Shown: piece by piece, positions 1 through 9,546 of the stretch
Layout: the number at the start of each line of letters is the position of its first letter
How positions within the stretch are numbered: the first letter of the stretch is position 1
Source: an uncultured Candidatus Poseidoniales archaeon
GTDB taxonomy: Archaea; Thermoplasmatota; Poseidoniia; Poseidoniales; Thalassarchaeaceae
Reading direction: 5' to 3'
Assembly: GCA_964342625.1 (NCBI GenBank)
Contig: CAYFGC010000001.1
Span: forward strand, 1 to 49,892
DNA length: 49,892 nucleotides
The notes under the pieces: model-generated
The model's input: only the letters and a program-made list of their open reading frames with translations
Told to the model about the DNA's origin: nothing
Databases searched by the model: none
Made by a program: the position numbers and the translations under genes

Positions 1-3
1 GCG

Positions 4-651
4 ATGGTTCTGGGCGAGGATGCTTCCCTAGAGTCTCCAGAGTCACAAACAGCTCAAGACTCAGGAGACTCCCACGATCCGGAGACACTGTTCATTCTCG
101 ACTCAATTGTACAGAGGCTAAAGCCTCGGGATGCACACCATGTTAGGGACATGATTACCGAGCGAGGCAGAACCTCTGGGGCCCTATTCCTTTCAAGCGC
201 ACTATGGTGGTGGATCACCATTAGCAAAGGCTCAGAGCAAGTTGATGATTCGCTAATCCCAGCCTCCACACTAGGCTCGTTAGACTTCGAAACAGTCAGC
301 ATTATAATTCCCGCTCTAGTAATCGCAGCGATACTCTTTACGGGAATCGGGAGGGAGAGGGGGAATGCCACAATGTCTCAAATCGGCGGTGGCCTCGGAG
401 TCCTTGCTGCGTTCTACATCATCGAGCCAGCGATGATGAACTGGGGTGAGCTTGAGGGAGATGCTCTTTTCGCAACTGGAAGGGTACTAGTCCTTGCAGT
501 GATGGTGGGTTTCGCTTCGCACATGATGTTCGATGCCCTACTTCTTCAATGGGTCAGAGCCAGTATGCTGAACATGGGAGTCGACGTCTTCCCGACCTCT
601 GCACCAGACTCCCTAGAGGGTCATGCTGATGAGTCGGAACCTTACCCATGA
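4..651 (+). CDS. hypothetical multi-pass membrane protein; the frame is open to the window edge, so the 5' end may be truncated
   Basis: 215-aa ORF with an acidic N-terminus followed by about 4 hydrophobic helices (ALFLSSALWWWITI, IIIPALVIAAILFTGI, GGLGVLAAFYII, VLVLAVMVGFASHMMF). No catalytic motif recognised. Its stop lies 3 nt before the next start. Confidence 0.5.
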   Translation: MVLGEDASLESPESQTAQDSGDSHDPETLFILDSIVQRLKPRDAHHVRDMITERGRTSGALFLSSALWWWITISKGSEQVDDSLIPASTLGSLDFETVSIIIPALVIAAILFTGIGRERGNATMSQIGGGLGVLAAFYIIEPAMMNWGELEGDALFATGRVLVLAVMVGFASHMMFDALLLQWVRASMLNMGVDVFPTSAPDSLEGHADESEPYP

Positions 652-654
652 GTC

Positions 655-1209
655 ATGAACGACGGGATGTCGCCAAACCTCTCTGTGCTTCGTCTGGGGC
701 ACCGACGTGACAGAGACAAGAGGATAACATCCCATCTCGGACTTACTGCTAGGGCATTCGGGGCCGATGAGGTAATCCTGGCCGGTGACAGGGATCCTTC
801 TGCACTGGAGACTTGGGATTCGGTGACAGATCGCTTCGGTGGCTCATTCTCGAGTAGGTTCGAAGAGAGCCCCTTGTCTTTCCTGAGGAAGGAGTCTAAG
901 TCTGGCGAGATTACAATTGTCCACCTCACGATGTACGGCAGCCCCTGGCTGGAATCCATACCAAGAATACCGATAGACAAGCCAGCCTTGGTAGTCGTCG
1001 GGGGGACGAAGGTTCCCGCAGAAGTTTTCCACTTGGCCGATCATAACGTATCTGTTGGCAACCAACCGCACTCGGAAGTGGCCGCTCTTGCAGTATTTTT
1101 GCATTCCTGGCTGGGTCCCGTAGACAATGACTCAAGGTTCACAGGAGCTAAGATGAAAGTGGTCCCATCGGCCAACGGAAAGATCGTAATCAACGATGAT
1201 GAAGAGTGA
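655..1209 (+). CDS. trm56: tRNA (cytidine56-2'-O)-methyltransferase aTrm56 (SPOUT family)
   Basis: VLRLGHRRDRDKRITSHLGLTARAFGAD, VHLTMYG and GGTKVPAEVFHLADHNVSVGNQPHSEVAALAVFLH match the archaeal aTrm56 pattern (LRLGHRPERDKR...NQPHSEVAALAV). Confidence 0.85.
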   Translation: MNDGMSPNLSVLRLGHRRDRDKRITSHLGLTARAFGADEVILAGDRDPSALETWDSVTDRFGGSFSSRFEESPLSFLRKESKSGEITIVHLTMYGSPWLESIPRIPIDKPALVVVGGTKVPAEVFHLADHNVSVGNQPHSEVAALAVFLHSWLGPVDNDSRFTGAKMKVVPSANGKIVINDDEE

Positions 1210-1269
1210 AATTGCCATAGTGGAAATCCCCATTCTCTGTCAACCATTAAGAATCGTACTTGGGCAGCG

Positions 1270-2610
1270 TTGCTGATGTCGAAGAGTCCAGCAGACGGGG
1301 GCTTCTGCCCCGGCGCTGGTATCCGAGGCGTTGATTCTCCCCCGACATTCCCAGATGCAGCGGACTTGCTCCTAGATTCCGGGCCCCCAGAGCAGCCTAG
1401 TGGGTCCCAGGGGATCCTACTTCTTGCGGATGGGACTAGGTTAGAGGGACGACTATTCGGATCCGAGGAAATTGCAGAGGGGGAGTTGGTATTCACTACT
1501 GGAATGTGCGGATATCAGGAAAGCCTGACAGATCCCTCTTTCGCGGGACAGGTCCTAACTTTCACATATCCACTTCTGGGGAACTACGGAATCCACCCCG
1601 GAATATCGGAGTCGTCTTCGGTTCATCCCCGAGGAGTCGTATGCAGGCAACACATGACTTATCCAGACCATCGAGACTCCGTGGGAAGTGTGCATGACCT
1701 GTTGGTAGCCCATAACATTCCTGGGATAGAGGGAATCGATACCCGATCGCTAACTAGGAGAGTTAGGGAACATGGGACGCTTCTCTGTGTTTTCGGGCCA
1801 GCTGAGAGAATGGAGGAAATGGAGGTGATTCTCGATGAACTAACTTCTCCTGATTCGGACGACCTGGTCGCCGAAGTAACCTGCGAAGAGCCGACCCTGC
1901 TCAACCCGGGGGCCGAGGATGGTGAAGGAAACCCATTCCCCCGCCTCGCTGCTATCGATTGCGGCGTCAAGCACAACATCCTGAGGGAACTATGCACTAG
2001 GTTCGAGGTTGTCTGGTGCCCCGCTGACATGCCCCTGGAGGAAATTGCCAGAGATTGGTCCCCCGATGCTCTTTTTGCATCCAATGGCCCTGGTGACCCA
2101 GCCCACCCGGGAGCTGCAACCGATGCGAGGAGGACCTTGGCCGCCGCCGTCCGCCAGGGGATGCCAGTCATGGGAATATGCCTAGGGCATCAGCTGATGG
2201 GGCTAGCAGCCGGACTAAGGACGTACAAGTTGAGATACGGTCACAGAGGGTCTAACCAACCAGTCATGGACTTGGAGACGGGTAGGGTCCACATCACAAG
2301 TCAGAATCACGGATTCGCAGTCGAAGATCCATTGCAGGGGATGCTCGCTCCCCACCCTAGCGGGGCATGTTCAGAAACTAGTGACAATGTACTGGGCGCT
2401 GAGTTCAGAGTCCGCCACGTAAACTCAAACGATGGAACCGTAGAGGGACTTGACCTATTGGACAAACCTGCATTCACAATCCAATTCCACCCCGAGGCTT
2501 GCCCGGGACCCCATGATGCATCGCCACTATTCGACAGGTTCCAGAAAATGGTTGCAGAACATCTCGCTAGTCCGGAGGCTGAACTAGTAAGCAAGGAAGG
2601 CGGTTCCTGA
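1270..2610 (+). CDS. carA: carbamoyl-phosphate synthase small (glutaminase) subunit
   Basis: LLLADGTRLEGRLFG N-terminal domain. Class I amidotransferase triad context GICLGHQL and QFHPEA. TTG at 1270, and ATG at 1276 is the more likely start. The stop overlaps the carB ATG (TGATG at 2608-2612). Confidence 0.93.
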   Translation: MLMSKSPADGGFCPGAGIRGVDSPPTFPDAADLLLDSGPPEQPSGSQGILLLADGTRLEGRLFGSEEIAEGELVFTTGMCGYQESLTDPSFAGQVLTFTYPLLGNYGIHPGISESSSVHPRGVVCRQHMTYPDHRDSVGSVHDLLVAHNIPGIEGIDTRSLTRRVREHGTLLCVFGPAERMEEMEVILDELTSPDSDDLVAEVTCEEPTLLNPGAEDGEGNPFPRLAAIDCGVKHNILRELCTRFEVVWCPADMPLEEIARDWSPDALFASNGPGDPAHPGAATDARRTLAAAVRQGMPVMGICLGHQLMGLAAGLRTYKLRYGHRGSNQPVMDLETGRVHITSQNHGFAVEDPLQGMLAPHPSGACSETSDNVLGAEFRVRHVNSNDGTVEGLDLLDKPAFTIQFHPEACPGPHDASPLFDRFQKMVAEHLASPEAELVSKEGGS

Positions 2611-5600
2611 TGCCTCGCCGTGATGACTTGAAGCGAATCCTCATACTTGGAAGCGGACCTATTCGTATTGGACAGGCAGCAGAGTTTGATTTCTCAGGAT
2701 CACAGGCCTGTCGAGCACTCCGTTCAGACGGTTACGAGGTCATTCTCGTAAACTCCAATCCAGCAACAATCCAGAACGACCCGGAGATGGCAGACCGGAT
2801 ATACATCGAACCGCTACTTCCAGAGGTCGTTAAAAAAATCATGGAGTCTGAGAAACCAGATGCACTTCTGGCGGGAATGGGCGGTCAGACTGCGCTGAAC
2901 ATAGCATCAGCCCTTGCCAAGGACGGAACTCTCGATGAGTTAGGAGTTGAGCTAATTGGTTGCAACCTTGCTGCGATAGATGAAGCTGAGGACCGAGACC
3001 TCTTCAAGAGGGTCTGCGAGGAGATTGACCTTCCAGTATGCAAGGCCATGGCTTGTGAATCAATCGAGCAAGTCATCGCAGCTGCAGAGGAATTGGGATC
3101 TTTTCCATTGTTGATTAGACCTGCCTTCACACTAGGTGGGCTTGGTGGGGGTACTGCATTCAATACGGGAGAGTTGGTTGAGATTGCGAGCCAGGGAATA
3201 TTGCACTCAGCAATTGGCCAGGTCCTCATCGAGGAGAGCATTCTGGGTTGGCAAGAGCACGAGTATGAGGTGATGAGGGACAGTTCAGACAATGCAATCA
3301 TCGTTTGCACGATGGAGAACATCGATCCGATGGGAGTTCACACTGGCGAGTCAATAGTCGTAGCCCCCCAGCAGACGCTTTCCGATCGTGATCACCAGGG
3401 ACTCCGCGACTCGGCCTTGAAACTAATCAGGAGACTCAACATAAAGGGAGGATGCAATGTTCAGTTCGCAGTCGATCAGTCCACTGGAGACTATAGGGTA
3501 ATTGAGGTGAATCCTCGTGTCTCTCGTTCCTCTGCATTGGCATCGAAGGCAACGGGTTACCCAATCGCAAGGATGGCGGCATTGATCGCAGTTGGTTACA
3601 CTTTGGATGAACTACCCAATCCTATTACAGGAGAGGGTACGACGGCTGCTTTCGAACCAACTCTGGACTATTGCGTCGTCAAGATTCCCAGATGGCCTTT
3701 CGATAAGTTCAGGACTGCAGACAGGAGTCTGGGAACATCGATGAAATCAACAGGGGAGGTAATGGCCATTGGCCGTTCTTTCGAGGAAGCATGCCTGAAG
3801 GCATGGGCTAGCTTGGAGTATGGAAAACCCCATCCCAGACCATTGACGATGTCGGATGCCTCCGATGGCGAGACAATGGATGAAAGGGCATCTGAGAGGC
3901 TACCAACCGCACTTCATGAGGACTGGCTCCGAATACCCACCGATAGGAGGCTGGGGGCTGTCATTGAGTCGTTCCGGAGAGGCTACTCGATAGAGGACGT
4001 TCGGGATCTTACTGGAGGAATTACCAGGTGGTTCCTCAGAAGGTTCGAGAGAATTGCGGCAATAGAGACTGAGATAAGAGCAGCAGGAGAGATTGGCATG
4101 ACTCCAGCGGAAATACCCCAATCCGAGATGGGATCATGGAAGGGAACAGGGTTCACCGATTTGCATATCGCGGATGCGCTTTGCGGCTTCCCCGAGAGCG
4201 GTTTCAAGAACCTCCCAACCGGACAAGATGAAACTGCTGTCAGGATGAGGAGGCACGAACTAGGAATCCACCCAAGATATCGAATGGTTGACTCCTGCGC
4301 AGCAGAGTTCGCCGCGGTTACTCCATACTACTACTCGACTTATGAGGGGGGATCAGTCGATTCAGGGGTGGATTACGTTCCAGGGTTAGCAGCTTCCTCC
4401 AAGCAGAGGATAGCAGTGATCGGCTCGGGACCAATCCGAATCGGACAGGGGATTGAGTTCGACTATGGTTGCGTGCACGCTGCCGGAGCGATCCAGGACC
4501 TAGGTCACGAGGCGATAATTATCAACAACAACCCAGAGACTGTCTCCACCGACTTCGACACCAGCGACAGGCTTTACTTCGACCCACTTACTTTGGAATC
4601 TGTATCGGAGATTCTCCTTAGGGAAGATGCTAATGGAATACTACTCCAGTTTGGCGGTCAGACCGCAATCAATCTCGCCCTCCCACTGTCAAATGAACTC
4701 TCACACCTTTCCTCCATGGGTCTAGAACTGGTTATGGAGGGAACTTCCCCAGAATCCGTAGACGAGGCAAGCGATCGAGAAAGATTTGAGGAGTTCGCAT
4801 TAAGGTGCGGCCTCAGGATGCCCGATGGCGCAACTGCAACCACTCCCGAGGGAGTAAGGCACGCTGCGAACGAGATTGGTTACCCGGTCCTAGTCCGCCC
4901 CTCATACGTCCTCGGTGGGAGGGGGATGGAGATTCTGGCCAACTACAAGCAGTTGGAGTCATACATGAGGGATGCATACCTTTCATCTGATAGGCCCCTG
5001 CTGATCGACAAGTATCTTGGAAACGCAATGGAGCTTGACGTAGATGCCGTGTGTGATGGCGAGGACGTCCTAGTGGGGGCAATAATGGAGCATCTCGAGG
5101 AAGCAGGGATCCACTCAGGAGACTCAACTTGCTTCATCCCCCCTCAGAACGTTCCAGATGAAATCCTTGAGCAAGTCCATGAATGGACGAGGGTTATTGG
5201 TCTGGAGATGGGAATTCGTGGCTGCTACAACATCCAGTTTGCAATCCACGATGGCCTACTGTACGTCCTCGAAGTAAACCCTAGGGGATCTAGGACGTTC
5301 CCATTCGTAGCCAAGTCTACAGGAATACCACTAGCCAGGATTGCTGCAAGAGTAGCCTTGGGGGAGAGATTGTGCGATCTTGAGATTCCAGAGCCTCAGA
5401 CGGATGCGGTGTGCGTCAAGGCACCAGTTTTCCCATTCATCAAACTCCGTGGTCTGGATCCCGCACCAGGGCCCGAGATGAAATCGACCGGAGAGGTCAT
5501 GGGTTCTCACGTCAGAGCCTCAGCTGCTTACCTCAAGGCAAGACTTGCAACTGAAATCCCAGTCCCGACTGAAGGAGGCGTGTACATCACCGTCAAGGAT

Positions 5601-5978
5601 GAAGACAAATATGCAATGATTCCACTGGCTGAGAGGCTCAAGGAAATGGGATTCACTATTTTTGCCACCAGGGGGACTTCTAGAGTTCTTCGAGGAGTCG
5701 GGGAACTTGAAGTAGAGACATGTTACAGGATTGCAGAGGGACGTTCCCCCGATGCCCTTGATCTGATGCGCCAAGGAAAGATACAACTCGTAATCAACAC
5801 CCCTAGGTCAACTGGTGGAGCAGTTCTAGATGGAAACATGATGAGGAGGCTTGCTGTCGAACTTAACATCCCGTTCGTCACCACCATGGCTGGTGCGAGA
5901 ATGGAGGTCGAGGCAATACAAGAAGCCCTCTTGGGAATGCCAGAACCACGTTTACTCGATATCAAGTCCCTCAAATAG
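2610..5978 (+). CDS. carB: carbamoyl-phosphate synthase large subunit
   Basis: 1,122 aa with duplicated ATP-grasp halves (ILILGSGPIRIGQAAEFDFSG and IAVIGSGPIRIGQGIEFDYG; NPRVSRSSALASKATGYPIA and NPRGSRTFPFVAKSTGIPLA) and a C-terminal MGS-like allosteric domain. Confidence 0.97.
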   Translation: MPRRDDLKRILILGSGPIRIGQAAEFDFSGSQACRALRSDGYEVILVNSNPATIQNDPEMADRIYIEPLLPEVVKKIMESEKPDALLAGMGGQTALNIASALAKDGTLDELGVELIGCNLAAIDEAEDRDLFKRVCEEIDLPVCKAMACESIEQVIAAAEELGSFPLLIRPAFTLGGLGGGTAFNTGELVEIASQGILHSAIGQVLIEESILGWQEHEYEVMRDSSDNAIIVCTMENIDPMGVHTGESIVVAPQQTLSDRDHQGLRDSALKLIRRLNIKGGCNVQFAVDQSTGDYRVIEVNPRVSRSSALASKATGYPIARMAALIAVGYTLDELPNPITGEGTTAAFEPTLDYCVVKIPRWPFDKFRTADRSLGTSMKSTGEVMAIGRSFEEACLKAWASLEYGKPHPRPLTMSDASDGETMDERASERLPTALHEDWLRIPTDRRLGAVIESFRRGYSIEDVRDLTGGITRWFLRRFERIAAIETEIRAAGEIGMTPAEIPQSEMGSWKGTGFTDLHIADALCGFPESGFKNLPTGQDETAVRMRRHELGIHPRYRMVDSCAAEFAAVTPYYYSTYEGGSVDSGVDYVPGLAASSKQRIAVIGSGPIRIGQGIEFDYGCVHAAGAIQDLGHEAIIINNNPETVSTDFDTSDRLYFDPLTLESVSEILLREDANGILLQFGGQTAINLALPLSNELSHLSSMGLELVMEGTSPESVDEASDRERFEEFALRCGLRMPDGATATTPEGVRHAANEIGYPVLVRPSYVLGGRGMEILANYKQLESYMRDAYLSSDRPLLIDKYLGNAMELDVDAVCDGEDVLVGAIMEHLEEAGIHSGDSTCFIPPQNVPDEILEQVHEWTRVIGLEMGIRGCYNIQFAIHDGLLYVLEVNPRGSRTFPFVAKSTGIPLARIAARVALGERLCDLEIPEPQTDAVCVKAPVFPFIKLRGLDPAPGPEMKSTGEVMGSHVRASAAYLKARLATEIPVPTEGGVYITVKDEDKYAMIPLAERLKEMGFTIFATRGTSRVLRGVGELEVETCYRIAEGRSPDALDLMRQGKIQLVINTPRSTGGAVLDGNMMRRLAVELNIPFVTTMAGARMEVEAIQEALLGMPEPRLLDIKSLK

Positions 5979-5990
5979 AGTGAGATTCCC

Positions 5991-6320
5991 TCACTGAATC
6001 AGCGTGGCACCAGTTTCAGTTCTGACTATCTTCCCTTCCTTCTTGGTGTGCACGGCCATAACAGCCTCCGTAGTCCCGTCCGGGAAATCCATAACCGAGT
6101 GCTCTACTAGTATCTCATCGTTCTCGTAGATGCATCTTGGCTCTTTGATTACCACATCTTCATTGGCCATCATGCTGATCATCATCTCGCTCATCTTAGG
6201 TTTGCCCATTGTAGTCCCAGTTTGATGGCGCACAAATTCGTAGTCATCGTGTAGTGCCTCAATATAGTGCTTCGCGTCCCTCTCTTCCATTGCCTTCATC
6301 AGTAGTTCGTAAACTCCCAT
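5991..6320 (-). CDS. small hypothetical protein, possibly SnoaL/NTF2-like fold
   Basis: 109-aa ORF with no overlap to neighbours and an AT-rich TATA-like stretch (AAAAATAT on the coding strand) about 25-30 nt upstream. The fold guess is from composition and length only. Confidence 0.5.
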   Translation of the reverse strand: MGVYELLMKAMEERDAKHYIEALHDDYEFVRHQTGTTMGKPKMSEMMISMMANEDVVIKEPRCIYENDEILVEHSVMDFPDGTTEAVMAVHTKKEGKIVRTETGATLIQ

Positions 6321-6368
6321 GGGGTTCGGTCAAGTATTGTGAATTTGATATTTTTCTATAGGTCCAAC

Positions 6369-7943
6369 CTATGCGCTTCCCAGGAGGGAAAGAACTCCCT
6401 CCCTGTCAATCTCCGAGAGTAGGGAGGAAGCCTTGGGCCCGTAACTTCTGCCTATTAGGGCCCAATATAGCGAGGAATAACCCTCTCTTCTTGGGATTCC
6501 TGCAGTTTCGCAGGCATTTGCAATCGCCTCATTGATTTCTTCATCTGTCCATTCACATTCAGACAGGAGAGAGGAAAGCGAAGAAAGGAATTTCACCCCC
6601 TCCTCACCAAGGTTCCCCCTTGCCTCATCACTAAGCACCTCTCTGATCTCAATCTTCGCGTCTTCTGGAAAGTGCGCTCCATTGATCCAAGTTCTCATTC
6701 TCGCAAGCCGAACAACCAGCGAATTCCCTGGCTCCCCTTGGATATGTCCGGACCTGTTCAGTGATCTCCACACGTCTTCATCGGAGGACTTGATTTGTGC
6801 GAGCATTGAGAGGTGACTGAATGATACCCCTCCAATGGATTCACGGGGGTCAGAACCGGGTTCCACTTGACTCATCCTTATCGCGCCCACCTGGGTCTGG
6901 GCTGCGACCAACTGCCTCTTCGTCATCCCCTCTTCTTCCTGAGTGGGGTTGGAAACCAGTCTTTCATACTCATCCGCGGTGCGGAATAGAGCACCACCAG
7001 TATCGAATTCGATATGCCTGTTTATCTTGCTTCTCGCGATAACATAGCGAAGAATCTCTGGAGGGACTAGGGAGAGGGCCTCCATCGGCCCAATGGTAAG
7101 GCCTGTCGAGCTGGACATGGGTCCCATCCCTTTCAATTGGATCCATTCGTAGACTATTTTGTCTGGTGGATCACCCCCCAGGAGCCTGCAAATAGGGATT
7201 CCAGTGTCGTAACTACCTCCTGCGGCCCCGTGGTCTTTTCCTGCTGGCTCGCAAGTGATTCCATGAATTGCCCACCTGGCAGCCCAGTCGATCCTCCATG
7301 GCATCTTACCATCTGCCTTCCTGATGTCGGACTTCCCCTCAATGCCATGTGAGTCTACCCAGTAAACAAATGGCTTCTCATAGCCCGTAACCGTCACTCC
7401 ATCCATACTTCCATCAGATCCAATTGGATTGTATGGAAACCACTCTTCGTCCAGTTCCCGCCCAGAGATGTCCTGAATAATTCTCTCAATCTCTCCTTTC
7501 TTTCTTATAGCTGAGTCGATGTGCTCGGCGAATTGCCCCGATTCGTAAGTCTCGTGATTCATCACCACCTCTGGTATTACTCCAATCTCCCTCAGAGCAT
7601 CCAGGAACGGACCCAGGAAGTGCTCAGCGTAGGTTACCCCTCCCTCGCTCGGTTTACCATTGGGACCAGGGGCTGGTATGTATGCTAGTGGATGGCCGAT
7701 ATACTGCTCGTAATCTGGAGAGAGGAAATCATACACCCTCCTGAGGGGATCCATCGAGTCAACGATGAAGATGTATTTTGACTCAATACCAGCATCAATG
7801 CATGCCCTGTGAATCATCTCAGCAGAGAGAATCTCCCTCAGGTGACCTATGTGGAACTCTCCAGAGGGAGTAATCCCAGATGCGGATACTTGTTGCCCTC
7901 CACGCTCCATGAGCCTTAGTGCGGTATAATCCGCCCAGTGCAT
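6369..7943 (-). CDS. lysK: lysyl-tRNA synthetase, class I (archaeal type)
   Basis: HIGH motif (FHIGHLREI) and the class I LysRS variant of KMSKS (GPMSSSTG). The 524-aa length is typical of class I LysRS. Confidence 0.9.
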   Translation of the reverse strand: MHWADYTALRLMERGGQQVSASGITPSGEFHIGHLREILSAEMIHRACIDAGIESKYIFIVDSMDPLRRVYDFLSPDYEQYIGHPLAYIPAPGPNGKPSEGGVTYAEHFLGPFLDALREIGVIPEVVMNHETYESGQFAEHIDSAIRKKGEIERIIQDISGRELDEEWFPYNPIGSDGSMDGVTVTGYEKPFVYWVDSHGIEGKSDIRKADGKMPWRIDWAARWAIHGITCEPAGKDHGAAGGSYDTGIPICRLLGGDPPDKIVYEWIQLKGMGPMSSSTGLTIGPMEALSLVPPEILRYVIARSKINRHIEFDTGGALFRTADEYERLVSNPTQEEEGMTKRQLVAAQTQVGAIRMSQVEPGSDPRESIGGVSFSHLSMLAQIKSSDEDVWRSLNRSGHIQGEPGNSLVVRLARMRTWINGAHFPEDAKIEIREVLSDEARGNLGEEGVKFLSSLSSLLSECEWTDEEINEAIANACETAGIPRREGYSSLYWALIGRSYGPKASSLLSEIDREGVLSLLGSA

Positions 7944-7951
7944 GTGTCACC

Positions 7952-8533
7952 TCATACCGTCGCCGCTCGAATCAGCGCCCTCAATGGCACCCCATCGACG
8001 TCATCGTCCCAGGACTTGTTCACAAGAACCATGCACATCTTTACATCGGCACCCGAGGCATTGAGGTCAGATGCTGTCTTCTTCATGGTCGTGCCCGATG
8101 AGTATACGTCATCAACGATAATCACTCTTTTGCCATCTATTCCTGCATAGACTTCTGAGAGGTGACCGCCAACTTCCTCGTTGATGCTTCTTACTACTGC
8201 CATTTCTAGGTCCATTGTGGAAGAAATTGCCTGGGCGAAAGCGATTCCGTTGATGCTCACTCCGACAATAGTGTCTACTTCGTCCCCAACCATCTCATCT
8301 ATTATGTCACAGAAAATGTATGACACCGCTTCTATTCGGTCGCCTTTCACAGCAATTGACCTCCATCCGACCTTTACGTCAAGCGGCTTGTCATCTACCT
8401 CGTAGTCACTGGCGGAGAGCCACTGTACGGTGGTCTGAGACAATGAAAGCTCATCTGCTATTTGCTGGGTGTTGAGTCCACTCGATCTGAACTCTTCGAC
8501 CTTGGACCTTAACTCATCTACACTTAGGTGCAT
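7952..8533 (-). CDS. orotate phosphoribosyltransferase-like protein with N-terminal HTH (GfcR/PyrE-like regulator family)
   Basis: N-terminal HTH (LNTQQIADELSLSQTTVQWL) followed by a PRTase fold with the PRPP-binding loop VIIVDDVYSSGTTM. This architecture matches the archaeal PyrE-like/GfcR proteins. Confidence 0.75.
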   Translation of the reverse strand: MHLSVDELRSKVEEFRSSGLNTQQIADELSLSQTTVQWLSASDYEVDDKPLDVKVGWRSIAVKGDRIEAVSYIFCDIIDEMVGDEVDTIVGVSINGIAFAQAISSTMDLEMAVVRSINEEVGGHLSEVYAGIDGKRVIIVDDVYSSGTTMKKTASDLNASGADVKMCMVLVNKSWDDDVDGVPLRALIRAATV

Positions 8534-8605
8534 CAGTCGATGCCAGCGTTAGAGTGCTATGAATCCACCGGGAATATTCTATGGTTGGTGTAGTATTTCC
8601 TATAT

Positions 8606-9055
8606 TCAGAATCTACCGGTACTTCCGAAGCCACCCTCGCCCCTCTCTGTATCCCCTAGATCCACAACCTCGACTTCAGTGAATTGGACGTCTGGAATCG
8701 GTGCTATCACTAGTTGGGCTATCCTCTCTCCGGATTTTACCTTGTAAGACTCACCTTCTCCAATCCACGTCATTAGTACGAACAACTCGCCCCTGTAATC
8801 AGCATCAATTGTACCTATGCTATGAGGTAGGATGAGTCCTTTCGAACCCAGTGATGACCTAGCCCTGACCTGCCCTTCGAAACCTTCTGGAATCGCTACT
8901 CTCAACCCAGTTCTGAGCTTCACGCTAGACCTGAAACTAACGATTGTTTCCTCCAAGCAGTATAGGTCCCAGCCAGCAGCATGGGCGCTTCCCTTGGTGG
9001 GCATCTTGGCATGGGGGTCAGTCTTGGCTACCTTGACAACCGGCGTCGAATCCAT
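8606..9055 (-). CDS. dut: trimeric dUTP diphosphatase (Dut type)
   Basis: Dut motifs AGWDLY, GTIDADYRGEL, ERIAQLVI and C-terminal RGEGGFGSTG. The ORF extends to 9118, but ATG at 9055 (MDSTPVVKV...) gives the canonical N-terminus. Confidence 0.85.
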   Translation of the reverse strand: MDSTPVVKVAKTDPHAKMPTKGSAHAAGWDLYCLEETIVSFRSSVKLRTGLRVAIPEGFEGQVRARSSLGSKGLILPHSIGTIDADYRGELFVLMTWIGEGESYKVKSGERIAQLVIAPIPDVQFTEVEVVDLGDTERGEGGFGSTGRF

Positions 9056-9129
9056 ATGTTCCCGAGCTAGAACCGGTCCTTGACCGTTCCCAAGACTCCC
9101 GGTGGGGTGAAAAGCCACCCTATTCTCGC

Positions 9130-9546
9130 ATGGCCATGTCGAACCGCGGATATGAGGACCTCTTGGATCGTGCTAGGGAGAGGATACCCAAGGACATCAG
9201 CGAGCGTTCCCGGTGGACAATGCCACAACCGGACATCATGATCGAAGGGAGCCAGACGATCCTCAGGAACTTCTCAGAGATTGTGGATGCCATGGATAGG
9301 GATGCGAACCACGTTTTCCAGTATCTGCTGAATGAACTTGGGACCTCGGGGAGCAGAGAGCAAGTCAGAATCATGCTGAAGGGCAAGGTCCCTCCCAAGA
9401 GAATCAAGGAGAAAATCGTCTCATATGTGAAGACTTACATCCTTTGTGGAGAGTGCAAGGCCCCCGACACGAGATTCATGCGAGAAGATAGGACTACTCT
9501 ATTGAAATGCCAGGCATGCGGAGCTACAAGACCGGTTCGCCTGTAG
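9130..9546 (+). CDS. eif2b: translation initiation factor aIF-2 beta subunit
   Basis: YEDLLDRARERIP N-terminus, central domain and C-terminal zinc ribbon CGECKAPDT...CQACGA. The 138-aa length is typical. Confidence 0.9.
   Translation: MAMSNRGYEDLLDRARERIPKDISERSRWTMPQPDIMIEGSQTILRNFSEIVDAMDRDANHVFQYLLNELGTSGSREQVRIMLKGKVPPKRIKEKIVSYVKTYILCGECKAPDTRFMREDRTTLLKCQACGATRPVRL

Noticed and set aside
1041-2171. 151-aa and 170-aa minus-strand ORFs overlapping trm56 and carA
   Set aside because: They are fully nested antisense to motif-supported genes, with no start context and proline/serine-rich composition.
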